This document shows positions 48,709 to 63,300 of a stretch of DNA of 64,000 nt, one piece after another. Numbering within the stretch: the first letter of the stretch is position 1; every line of letters begins with the position of its first letter. The stretch is from contig NW_025767151.1 in assembly GCF_003918875.1 (NCBI RefSeq), positions 744,001 through 808,000 on the forward strand. The letters are read 5' to 3'. A program made the position numbers and the translations under genes. Origin of the DNA: Haliotis rubra (lineage: Eukaryota). The notes beneath the pieces are model-generated. The model saw only the letters and a program-made list of their open reading frames with translations. It did no database searches and was not told where the DNA came from.

Positions 48709-51700
48709 AATGAAACCATTAGTTTGTATTACAAAACTTAATGACTTAACTAAATTTCGTCACTCACCTTACCGATAAAACCCACAAAGATGGCTACATT
48801 TCAACATTCATTCCATAACGAAACTGTACTTTACTTACAAAGTAAAACCCCAAATATAACATATGTTACATTTGACCATTTTCTGAATTCATTGCGTATT
48901 CACAGATTTCGGCCGTGGATGCCGTGCCTCTTGTCAGAGGGGTACACAAGGCCCGTTGTCTAGACTACCAGTTGTCTGACTTCCATTTTTGTGGAAGCCA
49001 CGGTGGCTGAGTGGGTGCCTGAGAGTGTGGGTTCGAATCCCGGATGTGATAATCCTAAATATAGCATAGGTGACCACATTTGACCACTTTCTAAATGTCA
49101 TTATGTTTTCATAGTTTCATTATTGCGGATCTAATGAACAATTAAAATAACGAAATTTCGTTAGGAGACTTAACGTAGGCTTCAAGCTTACACATCCGTC
49201 GTTGAGAACAAAATTTGAGATAATCAATATGAGACATATGCATGCGATTGCATTCGAGGTCCGTGATTGGCTAGTCTTTGGTGATGACGCTACGGTCGGA
49301 CTACTTTCCTGATCGCAATGTATTGATAGTTACTCTGCTTCACTCGAATCAGTATGGTTTAAAGGTGTTAATAAGTGGTTCTACCCGTGAAGATCCGGGT
49401 TAGAATTGGTCTTCAGTAACCCATGCTTGTTGTAAGAGGCGACTAACAGGATTGGGTGGTCAGGCTCGCTGACTTGGTTGACAGATGTCATGGTATTACA
49501 ACATTCGTCACCACTCGCCCCTTTCCGTCACCGCCAATAAGACTCGTCCCCCTCTTGATGAATGTTATGGACGAAAATACGACAAACCAATCAGAATGCG
49601 AGTAAGGATTGCGGCACTTTGATAAAAATAATCCCTTAATAGTACTTAAATCGGTTATGGCATTTGGTGATTCAATACACACTTTGAAAATCGGGTAAAA
49701 TACACATCCTCATTTTAATAATATAGATAACATAGCTAATTGTCTTACCTAATTTGAAGCTTTTAACAATTATAGTTTCATGAAATGGCATGAACGCTGA
49801 GAGACTCAAGCACACACTTGCGTTTGTTTTAATAACGGCTCTCGTGATTCCAGGTGAGCATTTCGAGATTTTACGTGCGCTTTCCGACATTTTTTAGCTA
49901 ATGTAATTTTAAATTGCTACGAGTCTCAAAACAGTACATTAATGAACAACGAATCAACTTTAATCTAAAACTGTGGGCTTAATAATCAGCAAGTTTGTAC
50001 ATTAACTATTTAAAAAGTATGCTTAGACATTATGAGAAGGGTGTGGGGGGATGGTAAATGACCTTGTACATGACATGCAGTGGGTGGGGTTGGGGGGTGT
50101 CACTTACTTTGTACATAAATGAACGGTTCCTCGACTGACTATTCATGAAAAAAAATCAATTTCCGTGATTTTTACACCGCATTTAGAATTATACCTTTGG
50201 AAATGTAAGGTGAGCTGGTAACAATTGCGTTTAAACAAATCATTATTATGAAGAAGACTGGTCATTCCTATTACTTACAACTTCCAGAATGCCTCTCAAA
50301 CAGTTCATCATCATTATTATAATTGTTTAAAACTGGCTAAAATTATTTTAAAAGCAGAAATTTGCGCCTAGTAATACGTTACGTCGCATATCGGTGACAC
50401 GTTTTTTTATGTTAAAGCACGTTTTGTTGTTAACAAATCTTAGCTTAGTTTGAAAAATAATAACAAACGTGTGTGGAACTTCAGAAACACTTTGAACAGC
50501 AAATACACTTTAATGTTCGCGTGACGGCATTCTGCACCTGGATTCTTGTGCCGTCTAGCTGCTCACTAACACTGACAGTCGGTCGGGGAGCTGATCACGG
50601 TATCTTCGTATGCCTATGAATTTCTATCTTTGTCTCGTAATCTACTCCATCTATCCAGACATGAATTTTCTTGGATCAAAGCACTGACAGTACCGTCACC
50701 TCGGCCGTCAATCCGGACACGATCGCCTACACCACTCTCCTACCCAGAGTTCCATGCGGCAAGCCAGCATATGTATAGTACCTCTGCCACTGGCCAGAAA
50801 GATGTGACGATTTGTCACATCTTGCACCGTCAATTCAATATAATGTACCTATTTCTTAACTCATTTATTTTTGACGAGGCTACACATTAAATATCGGCAT
50901 CGATATTACACTAAGCGGTAAGTTGAATGACGTCATCATGACCGCTGTGCGGTACAATTTCAAATGTTTTGCGCACGTTTAGAATAGAGAGATACGATAA
51001 ATGGACATTTATCTAATTGTATCTTTAATGACGCCCCGTATCCCAGCAGGGTCTGTGAACAAAAGATCTAGACCCGTGAAGATCCGGGTTAGAATTGGTC
51101 ATGCTTGTTGTAAGAGGCGACTGACGGGGTCGGGTGGTCAGGCTCGCTGACTGATACACGTCATCTTCTCCCAATTGCGTTGATTGATTCGCATAATGAC
51201 AATCACTTGAATGTCTGGCCAAGACGTACGTCATCACGTTTGAAAATATGTTGAAATAATCCTGTAATTTGGATTACATTCATACCCTACTAAAAATGGC
51301 ATTTTCTATTTCCATTAATTAAACCAGTATAACAAATCACATAAAATGCAATTATTCCGTTATGTACAAACACCATCATGACTACATGGCAATACTTGTT
51401 TAATGACCACACACGCCAAACATGTGCCCCATAAAGACATAGTAGGACATGCCGATATCAGATTCCGTAGGTTATGTCGCCTATAGGCAGAGAATCCAAC
51501 AATTCCAAACCTTATTCCAACCATGATGGCACACATGGAAATGGACTCTTTCATGAAACGTTTGAAAATTAAAATTAAGGGCATAACTAGTCAAATTAGA
51601 GTAGTCTGGTTGGTGTGTCAATTTTAATTTACAGTATGGTATTTCATTGGGCTATCACTATAAAGTCGGGGGCAGTGGGATACTCTAGTGGTCAAAGCGT

Positions 51701-52041
51701 TCGGTCGTCACACCGAAGACCTGGTTTCGTTTCCCCAAAGGGTACAATGTGTGAAGCATAATTCTGGTGTTCCCCGCCGTGATATTGCTGGAATATTGCT
51801 AAAATGCGGCGTAAAACCCAACTCACCGTACACGATTCGCTAATCAGGAAATCCATTCACACTGACGATAACAGTACACAACGGTTGACGGTACTTCCAG
51901 GTATTTCCTCTATTTCCGTACACGGACAGCTCGTGACGCACTTTACAACCCACTAACATATATACAATACCTAGTCCACTTAGTTTAACAATTGTATTCA
52001 GAAAATGCAATAAATCCTTTATTCTGCTTCAAAATTACTTA

Positions 52042-52208
52042 GGGGCGGTGGGGTAGCCTAGTGGTTAAAGTGTTGGCTCGTCACGCCGAAGACCCGGGTT
52101 CGAATCCCCACATGGGTACAATGTGTGAAGCCCATTTCTGGTGTCCCCCGCCGTGATGTTGCTGGAATATTGCTAAAAGCAGCGTAAAACCACACTCAGT
52201 CAGTCAGT
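52042..52208 (+). mobile_element. SINE family A
   Basis: Full length, TSD tcaaaattact. Confidence 0.92.
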
Positions 52209-52416
52209 CAAAATTACTGACACAAACAACTGCCGATGACGTTAAAATGAATGAATGAATGCATCACAGAGGTAATATATAAATAGGCCCATTGTTCAAA
52301 TCAGGTATATGGTTACAACATACACGTCCTCATCCTGGTGGTATGACAATAACAGTCCCGACACTGATACACACAACAAAGATAAAGCGGCATGACGGAT
52401 GAATAGTACGAATAAT

Positions 52417-52830
52417 TAGGGGTGGGTATTGCAGAGAATTTTCATATTGCGATATATTGCGATGCGAAAGGTTATATTGCGATATGTATTGATATATATT
52501 GCAAGAAGGTTTTTTTTAACAATAAACTACTAATGATCAAGTTAACGCTTTATTTATAAAGCAAAAACACAACAAAATCACTATGCTTCATTAAGCTTTA
52601 ATAAAAACTTTTAACCATGACAAAATAAGAATATATTAAAAATGTAATTTTCACCACCATCAATCCCACCATCATTACCACAATTGCCACAATCATCAAG
52701 GTTTCCGAGTGTTACGAAGTTTTCCGAATACAAGTCAAAATACCGGTTTTCTATCAGCGTATCGCAATACGTATCGTTTTCATGTCTGAACCGGTTAATA
52801 CCGGTAAACCGGTTATATTGCGCAGCGCTA
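52417..52830. mobile_element. hAT-like non-autonomous element
   Basis: TAG...CTA ends and a perfect 8-bp TSD, cgaataat (52409-52416 and 52831-52838). Confidence 0.75.
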
Positions 52831-53260
52831 CGAATAATACACAACGATATTAGAAAGTGGCCAAGTGTAACATGTCAAATCTGGGATTAAACTTTCTCGG
52901 CAAAGCTCAGATTCTTTTATTCAGGGGGAGATAAAAAAATTAGTTTTGAAACAGGCAGTGTTAAAAGTTTGGGGAAAATCTACTTTTCTTCAACACTTGA
53001 TTCTTTACAAAAGTCAATTCCACCTTCCAGCCTTGACCTAACTCTCGTTGACGTTAAACACCCTCCTGACATTTATGAGGGATTGCGTTAAAAGGCAATT
53101 TTCATTATTGTAGCCATATGGTGACAAGGTCTGACAGCACAACGTTATACAACATTTAACATGGAATTAAGTCTCTGTTTACATTATCACGAACAATAAT
53201 AGGATTAACTGCATGTGTTAATTAGTCGTCGTATTGATAGTCTACAGGTAACACACTTAC

Positions 53261-53400
53261 CTGTGATTGACAGTGTGGTCTGTTCAGCGGGAAGGTGGGA
53301 CACGATTGACAGCCTCTCAGACGAGAACCTGTTTCTTGTTGAAAACAACGAGATATCAGGTGAGCTGAGGGACCGTCTCAAAAGCACCACAGCAGCTATA
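53261..53400 (-). other. Candidate 5'-UTR exon of laccase B
   Basis: GC-elevated unique patch ending in a strong minus-strand donor, CAG|GTAAGT. Gene B needs an upstream exon because an acceptor abuts its ATG. Confidence 0.3.
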
Positions 53401-54965
53401 CGATAAACAAGCCCTAGACTCTCATCTCAAGCGTGAAGTTATGTAACTACATATATTACATAGTGATAGATACCGTTTGGTTGGTTACGTCTACTATGAC
53501 TAATGATCCAAATGATTTTAAAGTATTTTCTTTTTAGATAAGTTTTGATACGATTCATCAGTGCCAACTGAGAAAAACAACTTTTATATAAGCGAGGACG
53601 TTACTGTCGAGTGGCCGCGAACAAAAGTAAATCCGACCTTTCAACTCTGAGTATTCAGTTATAAAACGCACACTGAACAATGTCAGTGGCTCAAATAGAA
53701 ATCTAGTTAAATAACTTGTTGACTCCACTGAGCATATTTTGATGTTATTCCACCTTTCACAGATGTTCGCCTTTCCCCAAGGTATTGGAGGACGGGTCAG
53801 TGGGTACAGTATATAAAGTGATAAATACACATATACGAAACTCATAAAATGTGTAATTTCAGCTGCAATCTCAACTTGGCCAATCAATCTAGACCTGAAT
53901 TTAATTTATTTTCTAATTCATTCCCTAGGGTCTGGGATAAACTAGAGCAGCCCATCAACACAGATACTTTGTTGACAGCCTAGTGTCACAATGGGTAGAT
54001 ATGTCTGCGCTGAATTCTTGGCCTACTCGGTTACCCGAGCCACCTCTTGCTTTGGCTTTGCTCTTTGTGTAACGCAACATTCAGCAACATTGCAGCCATA
54101 GGATCAGGGTCTGTACATAATCGAGTCTGACACTCGTCCTGATATATATACCATACCTTATCATATATGGTCATATACTATCATATATGAGAGTATATAA
54201 TATGTTATCATGCGTGTGTGTTATTCATCATCAGGGATGCAACTTCGTACTACCCTACTCGCCATTAAATGTCTGATGTGAAATGCATCATAAGAGGTAT
54301 AAGTCCAGGTTTTGAGAGCGTATCTTGGTACGTTCCCCATGACTGGTTTTACTGTAAGCTACATTCCTGTTCATGTGTACAATACTTTGCTTGTGAGTAT
54401 TGTCCTACTGCCATTCAGTACAAAAATTCACCTCGAGATATACAGCCCCGGGACAGGAATTAGTGCTACGGATTCGCCTGCAGATATACGCAGTATCTCT
54501 CTATCGGGTATAAGGAAGGACGGTACATAATGCATAACCTATCAGTGTAAATCTCTGGCCGGACATGTCCAACAACTTCGCTCACCAAATATGTTTGGGA
54601 ACGTGACACGGCTGGGAGACTATCACCAGGTAACGCTTGTGTACTTGTTCACGCATAAAGGCCACCAACACTTAACGGGTACATGCGATGCAGTGAAGTA
54701 TAGCATGATTCACACCCCTTGATGTGAGCGTTTATGTTGTAAATGCGCCCCAAACCCAATGGTCCATATGCCAGGTTGTCATTGTCAGCTGTCAATAGAC
54801 CAACGGGTATGGTGATCAAAAGAAGCTATGCAGGTTTTCGGGTTTAAAGTCGTTGCTGTTAATACAAGCGACAAAACCCGTGCCACGTCTCTGAAATCTC
54901 TGCTGAAATCAGCGTCGACTGTACATCTCCAACTATACATGTATATGTCATGTGCAGGTGTTTAT

Positions 54966-55330
54966 GAGGTGAGGTGAGGTGAGGTGAAATTGGGTTTAAC
55001 GTCGTACTTGAGAATATTTCGCTCATATGACGACGTGCATGCGTGTGTATGTGTATGTGCGGCTGCTTGTACTGAGACCAGACTTAAGCTGGTTTTATAG
55101 TGCTAGCTCACTGAGATACCATGCCGCAGTGAAGCATGAATACCCCACTCAGTCACATTATACTGACTCTGAGCCGACCAGTCCTTGTTGTACCCATTAA
55201 TGCCGAGCGCCAGGCAGGGACCAACAAGTACCATATTTTAACGTCTTTTGGTATGACGCGGTCGGGGATCGAACCCGCGACCTTCCGCTCTCCGGGAGGA
55301 CGCTCTAACCACTACACCACGGAGGCGGTC
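54966..55330 (-). mobile_element. SINE family C
   Basis: Near-identical to 48356-48708; 14-bp TSD gcaggtgtttatga. Confidence 0.9.
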
Positions 55331-56229
55331 GCAGGTGTTTATGATTCACGATGGAATAGTGATGACACCAGGTGTTCGCGGAATGGTTAGCGTATCCTGC
55401 CCCGCAGGTGGCACTAGTCATAAACACATGCAAGGGCTCGTCAATCAAGTGTTCACTTAAAAATCGGGAACGTATGGACCAAATCGAAATAGTAACATCA
55501 TGTCATTAACGAGTGAAATTCTGAAATTTCCTTCACATGTGTACAATGTACCATGAAACGTTTTTACTGCTTTACGGAGGCCTTGAATAAAACTAAGGCA
55601 TTGCATAAAACTGGCGATGAGGTACGTAACTGTTCTCGTCCAATCGGTTTAGTAAACACTTTTCCTTCTTTAGTACATTTCTCATTCTTTATGAGCACGA
55701 TCGGAACCACTATACACATGAATAAACATCCGTAACTGTTACGTTCTGTGACAAAGTATGTTACGTCATGTCATTCTCGACCACGCCCCTTTTAACAATA
55801 TTACAGCAAAATCACAGTGGGAGACGACAGAAACGGGACTCACACACAGTACACAGGGGATCAATACGGGTTTTCAGTGTGAGAAGTGAACCCTTTCAAC
55901 ACTATGCTACCCCATAGACAGCTGAGGCGATAAAGGAGTGGGTTTCAGTACGGCTGAGTCTTGAACAATGTAGAGAACTAGCCCCACCCGGGAAGGTCCG
56001 GGTTAGAATTGGTCTTCAGTAACCCAATAAGAGGCGACTAATGGGATCGGGTGGTCAGGCTCGCTGGCTTGGTTGACACATGTCATCGTATCCCAACTGG
56101 GTAGATCGATGCGCATAAATCACTGGATTGTCTGGTATGTTTTTTTCTCTCAGTATATATATCTGACATGACACAAAATGCATGTACTATACCGACAGTG
56201 CAAATATACGGTTAAGATCTTGGGTCAGG

Positions 56230-58927
56230 GACACACCCATGTTTAGGTTTTCCCGTGAAAATATATATTTGACTTTTATTGCTTATTATGGCGATGCCAA
56301 AAAGACCGATGTGGCTCAAGTTTGTCTAACTAAAAACGTGTTCATCTTACTCACCTCTTCGGTTTCGGCTTCAGGTGCATTCGTAGGAGAACGTGCACTT
56401 GCTACCTGTGAAATATTGCAATTCCAGTGTGTATGCCTTAAACAACTTCAACCAACATATACAGTGTAGTAACAAACGACCAAACATAATTTCAGCTGGA
56501 TGTATAAAGTCCATACGGAGACTTCGAGACGTTCATGGACGACGATGACGACGGAGGAGCTATTATAGTTAGCTATTTCGCACATACAAGGGCTCACATA
56601 TATAGAAGGACTTACACGATAGTAACACATTTTGGACACGTCATGATGTAATTGCGTTACTTCCACAAAAAGGTGAGTCCGATGTGATATTCGATAAAAT
56701 ACAATTTCAGTTTCAATTTGTTAATGCAGAATGAGTGGCCTGCGGCCCATATACAGATGATACAAGAATACAATAAACACACATGAGATGCTCCTTCTCT
56801 CTCTCCCCCCCCCCCCCAACGCCCCCCTCCCTGAAGTCGTGTGGGGTGCAGGGTAACAGTGAGGCAGAGGGTTCAAGACAATTCCTTCCTGCCCGTCTGT
56901 GACCTCAGCAAAAACCAGGCTAGCTAATCTCGAAACGTTCGTAGCCTTACGAACTTCTTAAGCCCATTCTTAACACATTGGCTACGATCAAAGTTAAGAA
57001 TTCTTAGGGCTACGAACGTTTCGAGAATAAGGACCCAGAGCCACAGTAGTCATATTCCAGGAGAGAGTACATTTAACTTTCTGTGTCGTGTAAAGAGGTT
57101 CTCGGCAATATTCCAGCTATATATGTAATCGAGTCTGAACCAGACACAGACCGGTGATTTACACCATGAGCATCGATCTACGCAATTGGGATACGATGGC
57201 GATGACCACCCCACCCCGTTAGTCGCCTCATGTATTGCTGAAAACCAATTCTAACCCAGATTTTCACGGGCCGACTACGTTCAATTACCCTAGACACTTT
57301 GGCAAAGTATACCCACACGTCTGATTCCAAAGCGTCTGACATCTGATCAAAAGAGCACCTTTCACATGGTTCGTGGTAACCTAGCTGTTTGGAACATTCC
57401 AGAAAGTTCCTTGCAACGTTTTGTGACTGGATGAAACTTGCGATCACCACTTTCAGCCATACACAACTTTTTCGTGTAAGCCCGAGAGGTTGCACCTAAA
57501 AGCCTGCAGAATGACTACAAAAAGGAGTAACGCATAAGTTTTCGTTGAAGGGCGATTGTAAATATCTGTATTTCAGTTATAATTACAAACATGCACGTAC
57601 ATGTCGATAGAAACACAATCACCACTGAAATAAAGACACCTTTCACATGTATGATATGAAGAATAACATGTTTACTGTACATGGTGACTGTATTGGTAAT
57701 GCTTTATCAACGAATACTTTAGTCAATATGATTCATAGAGGTTTTACCATTTTTTAAATTGTCCTGATGACGTGTTTGTAGGTATTTTGGGCAAGAAGTA
57801 GAATTTCTTTTAGCAAATATCATGTGTAAGTCCGGGCTTTTTTATAATGGTAGCTACGCCCCTGATACAGAAGGGCTTTTTTATAATGGTAGCTACGCCC
57901 CTGATACAGACTGGCTTTTTTAAAATGGTAGCTACGCCCCTGATACAGAAGGGCTTTTTTATAATGGCAGCTACGCCCCTGATACAGACGGGCTTTTTTT
58001 ATAATGGTAGCTACGCCCCTGACACATACGGGCTTTTTTATAATGGTAGCTACGCCCCTGATACAGACGGGCTTTTTTATAATGGTAGCTACGCCCTGAT
58101 ACAGACGGGCTTTTTTTATAATGGTAGCTACGCCCCTGATACAAACGGGCTTTTTTTATAATGGTAGCTATGCCCCTGATACAGACGGGCTTTTTTATAA
58201 TGGTAGCTACGCCCCTGATACAGACGGGCTTTTTTTATAATGGTAGCTATGCCCCTGATACAGACGGGCTTTTTTATAATGGTAGCTACGCCCCTGATAC
58301 AGACAGCAAACAAGTGCAGGCATTTGACACCGCCACCACTATAATATTGAAAATGTTCTTGAAGGATTCAAGGTATGACCACGATACCCGAATCAAATAC
58401 ATGTATATCACCGTCGAAAAGAACAGACGGACAACTGTTCCTGATTCACTTTGCCATTCTTAAGCCTAAAATAAAGTATAGAGTTAGTAAAGTAAACGAT
58501 AGGTCCTAATGTTACAAGGGCTTTGTGGTTTGGGGCCTTGCACCTCGCCAGTGACAGCTGACAGCAGGCAGCAGAAACAGTTATTTTCTTGTAATTATGC
58601 CTGTTTTGTTTTCACCATTTTGTAAAAGAATTTATAAAAAAGTGGGAACTTATTTTTAATTTACTATTGGAAAAAATGGGAGATATATCGGAGCCAATCA
58701 ATGTGGGGTTTTTTAAAAATAATTGTATTCCTTTTCACCGGTACATGTTTTACAGCAAATGGAGAGTTCATAGTTCAATACACATAGTGTCATATCAAAA
58801 TGGGTATGACAATTCAGTAGCTGACGGTTATGGCTTTTACAGGAGAAGTATTGTTCAGGTAAATAGACAATGACATATTGACCAGTACTTCGTGAATTTG
58901 GTGTAATCACAAGTTAAGGATGAGGTA
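56230..58927 (+). repeat. Copy 1 of a near-identical direct duplication (copy 2: 61324 to window end)
   Basis: Collinear over ~2.7 kb with an offset of ~5.08 kb. Differences are mostly homopolymer indels. Confidence 0.95.
57833..58305. repeat. ~39-bp minisatellite, ~12 copies (duplicated at 62921-63372)
   Basis: Unit gggcttttttataatggtagctacgcccctgatacagac. Confidence 0.95.
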
Positions 58928-59480
58928 TATCTGTCTATATGATATGCATTGGTTATATCTCTTTTGATATCTTGGACATGTGGTGGTCGTTTAGAAAGTT
59001 TGCGTTTATAAATGTTGAATTTAATTGTATTTATGATCAGATTTACAACATCATTTCGCTTTTCATAATAGCCAAACAGGATATGTTGTTTGGTAAAATC
59101 TAGTTTTATTCCTGTTTTCTCCTCGATCCAATCTTCTAGTTCTCTCCAGATATGGCTAACTTTTGTACATTCGTAAAAGAGGTGTGTTATTGATTCAATG
59201 TCAGTTTTGCATAAGTCACATTTGTTATTATTCGTATATTTCACTTTTATATAGGAGTTCGTTTGTGGGTAGTATTCTGTAAATGATGTTGTGTTGAAAC
59301 CATTGTAGTTGCTGTTTGCATGTGTGCGGAAGGGTATATAATGTATAGTTTTTCCATTCTTGTTCTGTCAGGGAACATCTGAGATTGTTCTCCCATTTCG
59401 AATGTGTTTTTCTGGTCTTAATGTCGAACATGTTTGTGTTTAATGCGTCATAGAATATTCTGCAGCCTTTTTCGTTTCAC
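58855..59480 (-). pseudogene. L1/Tx1-like LINE ORF2 3' end
   Basis: LQWFQHNIIYRILPTN followed by the zinc knuckle CDLCKTDIESITHLFYEC...IWRELEDWI; frameshifted. Confidence 0.8.
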
Positions 59481-59970
59481 ATACATCTTTGGTAAAATAT
59501 GGCAATGTTGATATGATAATAATAATGAACGTTTTGAGAGTACATCACCACTTGCACGCCATTATGAGTTATCGCTCTTGAAAGATGATTGGTGTATGGC
59601 GTGAAATTTCTATGTGTATGATTTTCATTTTGAAACCAAAAAACCCGGCTAGAAACAAACACTAACAACTGTGTGATGCAAGATTATTGTCAAATTAATG
59701 ATCTACAGTGATTTATCATGATCAACCTTCTTGAAAACCGTCCAAATCAAGAATGACACCCCATGCACGTGTATTGGTGTTGTGCACGTGCATCCCATGC
59801 GTTGTGTTTAGGGGTGGCGATAAAACGAAAATAATTGGTGCGTTCATAAGATGTCTGTCTTTTGAAAAGTTTGTTTACGCTTATACTTCCTGTCCAAATT
59901 GAAAGTTTAGAAGTACCCCTACTTTTTTTAAGAGTAAAACTTTAAAAGTGAATTAACAATGTAAGTTTCT

Positions 59971-60379
59971 GGCGCCCGATCCACAAAACCACTATACCAT
60001 TCGTGAAGTCTATGAAAACGTATAAAGTTACGATGGGTTTGTAACGTTACGAACGCTTTGTGGATCGGGACCCTGAGCTGGTTTCTTTGTAATATTGTTC
60101 TCGGTTCCGATCCAGACAGCTTTCGTAAAAGTTACGACCTGTCGTAACCTATAGTTTATCATGGGCTTGTGGATCAGGGCTGCGTTTCACAAAAGCAATC
60201 CCTAGCGATACGACTCTCGTATCTCCTCTACTTTAATACGATCGCTTTGTGAGAATCAGGGCCCTGGGCCTAAATTTCGAAGATCTCTTAGCGCTAAGAC
60301 AGTAGTTAGTTAAGATTAATGTATGGCTCTTACGACTATCTTAGCGCTAAGAGACTATCTTCAAAATCTGAAAGCCCTG
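59971..60379. mobile_element. Cluster of four short fold-back MITEs
   Basis: Hairpin units at ~59971-60073, 60102-60180, 60176-60267 and 60264-60379, with ggg(g)ccc-like/CWG ends. A similar unit lies at 56920-57037. Confidence 0.6.
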
Positions 60380-63300
60380 AACCCGGAAATATCAATGGGA
60401 CTTATGAGTAAAGGGGACGCAAACCACATGCATTTCAATTTTGCAGAATGTCATGTTTGGTCTATTTTATCCTACAGTTCCGGATAAGATGTTAGATGTT
60501 CAGTTTTATTTCACCGAATTTTGTGTTGTTTGTTATAAATTCTAACACAGTCATAAAAGCAGTGTCGGCGTGGCAGTTGGCAACAAGCATTAGCGCGGTG
60601 ACCCATGAAGGCCTAAACGGCCTGATGCACTGTTTTGCGTGAAATAAACTCACATATTTATTTGTTGACGAAAGTCATTATATGTATGCCCAGTATGTAC
60701 TGACATCCTACTCAATGTATGTGTAAAACTGGAAGTGAGTGAGTGAGTAAAGGTTTGTACGCCGCCTTTAGCAACATTCCAGCAGCATCACGATGGGAAT
60801 CGAGTTGAGTTTCACACATTGCACCCATGTGGGGAATCGAACCGGGGAGTCGCCGTGAAGAGACAACACTCCAGCAGTGGGTGAACTGAGATCTCTATTG
60901 TTCATATGGTTTTAAACATGCCTGTGTTCATTTAGCATTTTGGAAACTTGGCGTCCCCTTAACACACCTGGTACAAACGGTTTACAGGCCGGGCGAGCCA
61001 CATTTTTTCGAAACAGATAGCCAAAATTAATGTGGCTTTACCGGCTACAGCCATGTAATTGAAATGTGGCGTTCCCGGCAATAGTCATTTTTGAAGTGTG
61101 GCTTTCCCGGCCTGTCACCGTACAAACTGTAACTGCTGTGTTGAGGGCCGGCTATACGGAAGACGGCTTTCTGCCTGGCTTGCCTGATGCTTTTGAAATG
61201 TTTAGAAAAGTATTGATTGCCGGCAGAAATCACAGGAAAACTGTGTCGATCAATAAGAATTGTGTTTCTTTTGTACCAGAAACTTTAGCAAACAACGCTT
61301 ACTCTTTCGTTCACATAAGCACGACACACCCATGTTTAGGTTTTCCCGTGAAAATATATATTTGACTTTATTGCTTATTATGGCGATGCCAAAAGACCGA
61401 TGTGGCTCAAGTTTGTCTAACTTAAAACGTGTTCATCTTACTCACCTCTTCGGTTTCGGCTTCAGGTGCATTCGTAGAGGAGAACGTGCACTTGCTACCT
61501 GTGAAATATTGCAATTTCTGTGTGTATGCGTAAACAACTTCAACCAACATATACAGTGTAGTAACAAACGACCAAACATAATTTCAGCTGGATGTATAAA
61601 GTCCATACGGAGACTTCGAGACGTTCATGGACGACGATGACGACGGAGGAGCTATTATAGTTAGCTATTTCGCACATACAAGGGCTCACATATATAGAAG
61701 GACTTACACGATGGTAACACATTTTGGGACACGTCATGATGTAATTGCGTTACTTCCACAAAAGGTGAGTCCGATGTGATATTCGATAAAAATACAATTT
61801 CAGTTTCAATTTGTTAATGCAGAATGAGTGGCCTGCGGCCCATATACAGATGATACAAGAATACAATAAACACACATGAGATGCTCCTTCTCTCCCCAAC
61901 GCCCTCCCCTGAAGTCGTGTAGAGGGTGCAGGGGTAACAATTGAGGCAGAGGGTTCAAGACAATTCCTTCCTGCCCGTCTGTGACCTCAGCAAAAACCAG
62001 GCTAGCTAATCTCGAAACGTTCGTAGCCTTACGAACTTCTTAAGCCCATTCTTAACACATTGGCTACGATCAAAGTTAAGAATTCTTAGGCTACTGAACG
62101 TTTCTTGAGAATAAGGACCAGAGCCACAGTAGTCATATTCCAGGAGAGTACATTTAACTTTCTGTGTCGTGTAAAAGAGGTTCTCGGCAATATTCCAGCT
62201 ATATATGTAATCGAGTCTGAACCAGACACAGACCGGTGATTTAACACCATGAGCATCGATCTACGCAATTGGGGATACGATGGCGATGACCACCCCACCC
62301 CGTTAGTCGCCTCATGTATTGCTGAAAACCAATTCTAAACCCAGATTTTCACGGGCCGACTACGTTCAATTACCCTAGACACTTTGGCAAAGTATACCCA
62401 CACGTCTGATTCCAAAGCGTCTGACATCTGATCAAAAAAGAGCACCTTTCACATGGTTCGTGGTAACCTAGCTGTTTGGAACATTCCAGAAAGTTCCCTT
62501 GCAACGTTTTGTGACTGGATGAAACTTGCGATCACCACTTTCAGCCATACACAACTTTTTCGTGTAAGCCCGAGAGGTTGCACCTAAAAGCCTGCAGAAT
62601 GACTACAAAAGGAGTAACGCATAAGTTTTTCGTTGAAGGGCGATTGTAAATATCTGTATTTCAGTTATAATTACAAACATGCACGTACATGTCGATAGAA
62701 ACACAATCACCACTGAAATAAAGACACCTTTCACATGTATGATATAAGAAGAATAACATGTTTACTGTACATGGTGACTGTATTGGTAATGCTTTATCAA
62801 CGAATACTTTAGTCAATATGATTCATAGAGGTTTTACCATTTTTTAAATTGTCCTGATGACGTGTTTGTAGGTATTTTGGGCAAGAAGTAGAATTTCTTT
62901 TAGCAAATATCATGTAAGTCCGGGCTTTTATAATGGTAGCTACGCCCTGATACAGAAGGGCTTTTTTATAATGGTAGCTACGCCCTGATACAGACTGGCT
63001 TTTAAAATGGTAGCTACGCCCCTGATACAGAAGGGCTTTTTATAATGGCAGCTACGCCCTGATACAGACGGGCTTTTTTATAATGGTAGCTACGCCCCTG
63101 ACACATACGGGCTTTTTATAATGGTAGCTACATACACCTGATACAGACGGGCTTTTTATAATGGTAGCTACGCCCTGATACAGACGGGCTTTTTATAATG
63201 GTAGCTACGCCCTGATACAAACGGGCTTTTTATAATGGTAGCTATGCCCCTGATACAGACGGGCTTTTTCTATAATGGTAGCTACGCCCTGATACAGACG

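Noticed and set aside
52042-52115. tRNA genes (several GGTTCGA B-box motifs)
   Set aside because: Each is the head of a dispersed SINE with a body, simple-repeat tail and TSD, not a stand-alone tRNA.
57833-58305. CRISPR or coding repeat
   Set aside because: Head-to-tail minisatellite with frame-breaking homopolymer variation.
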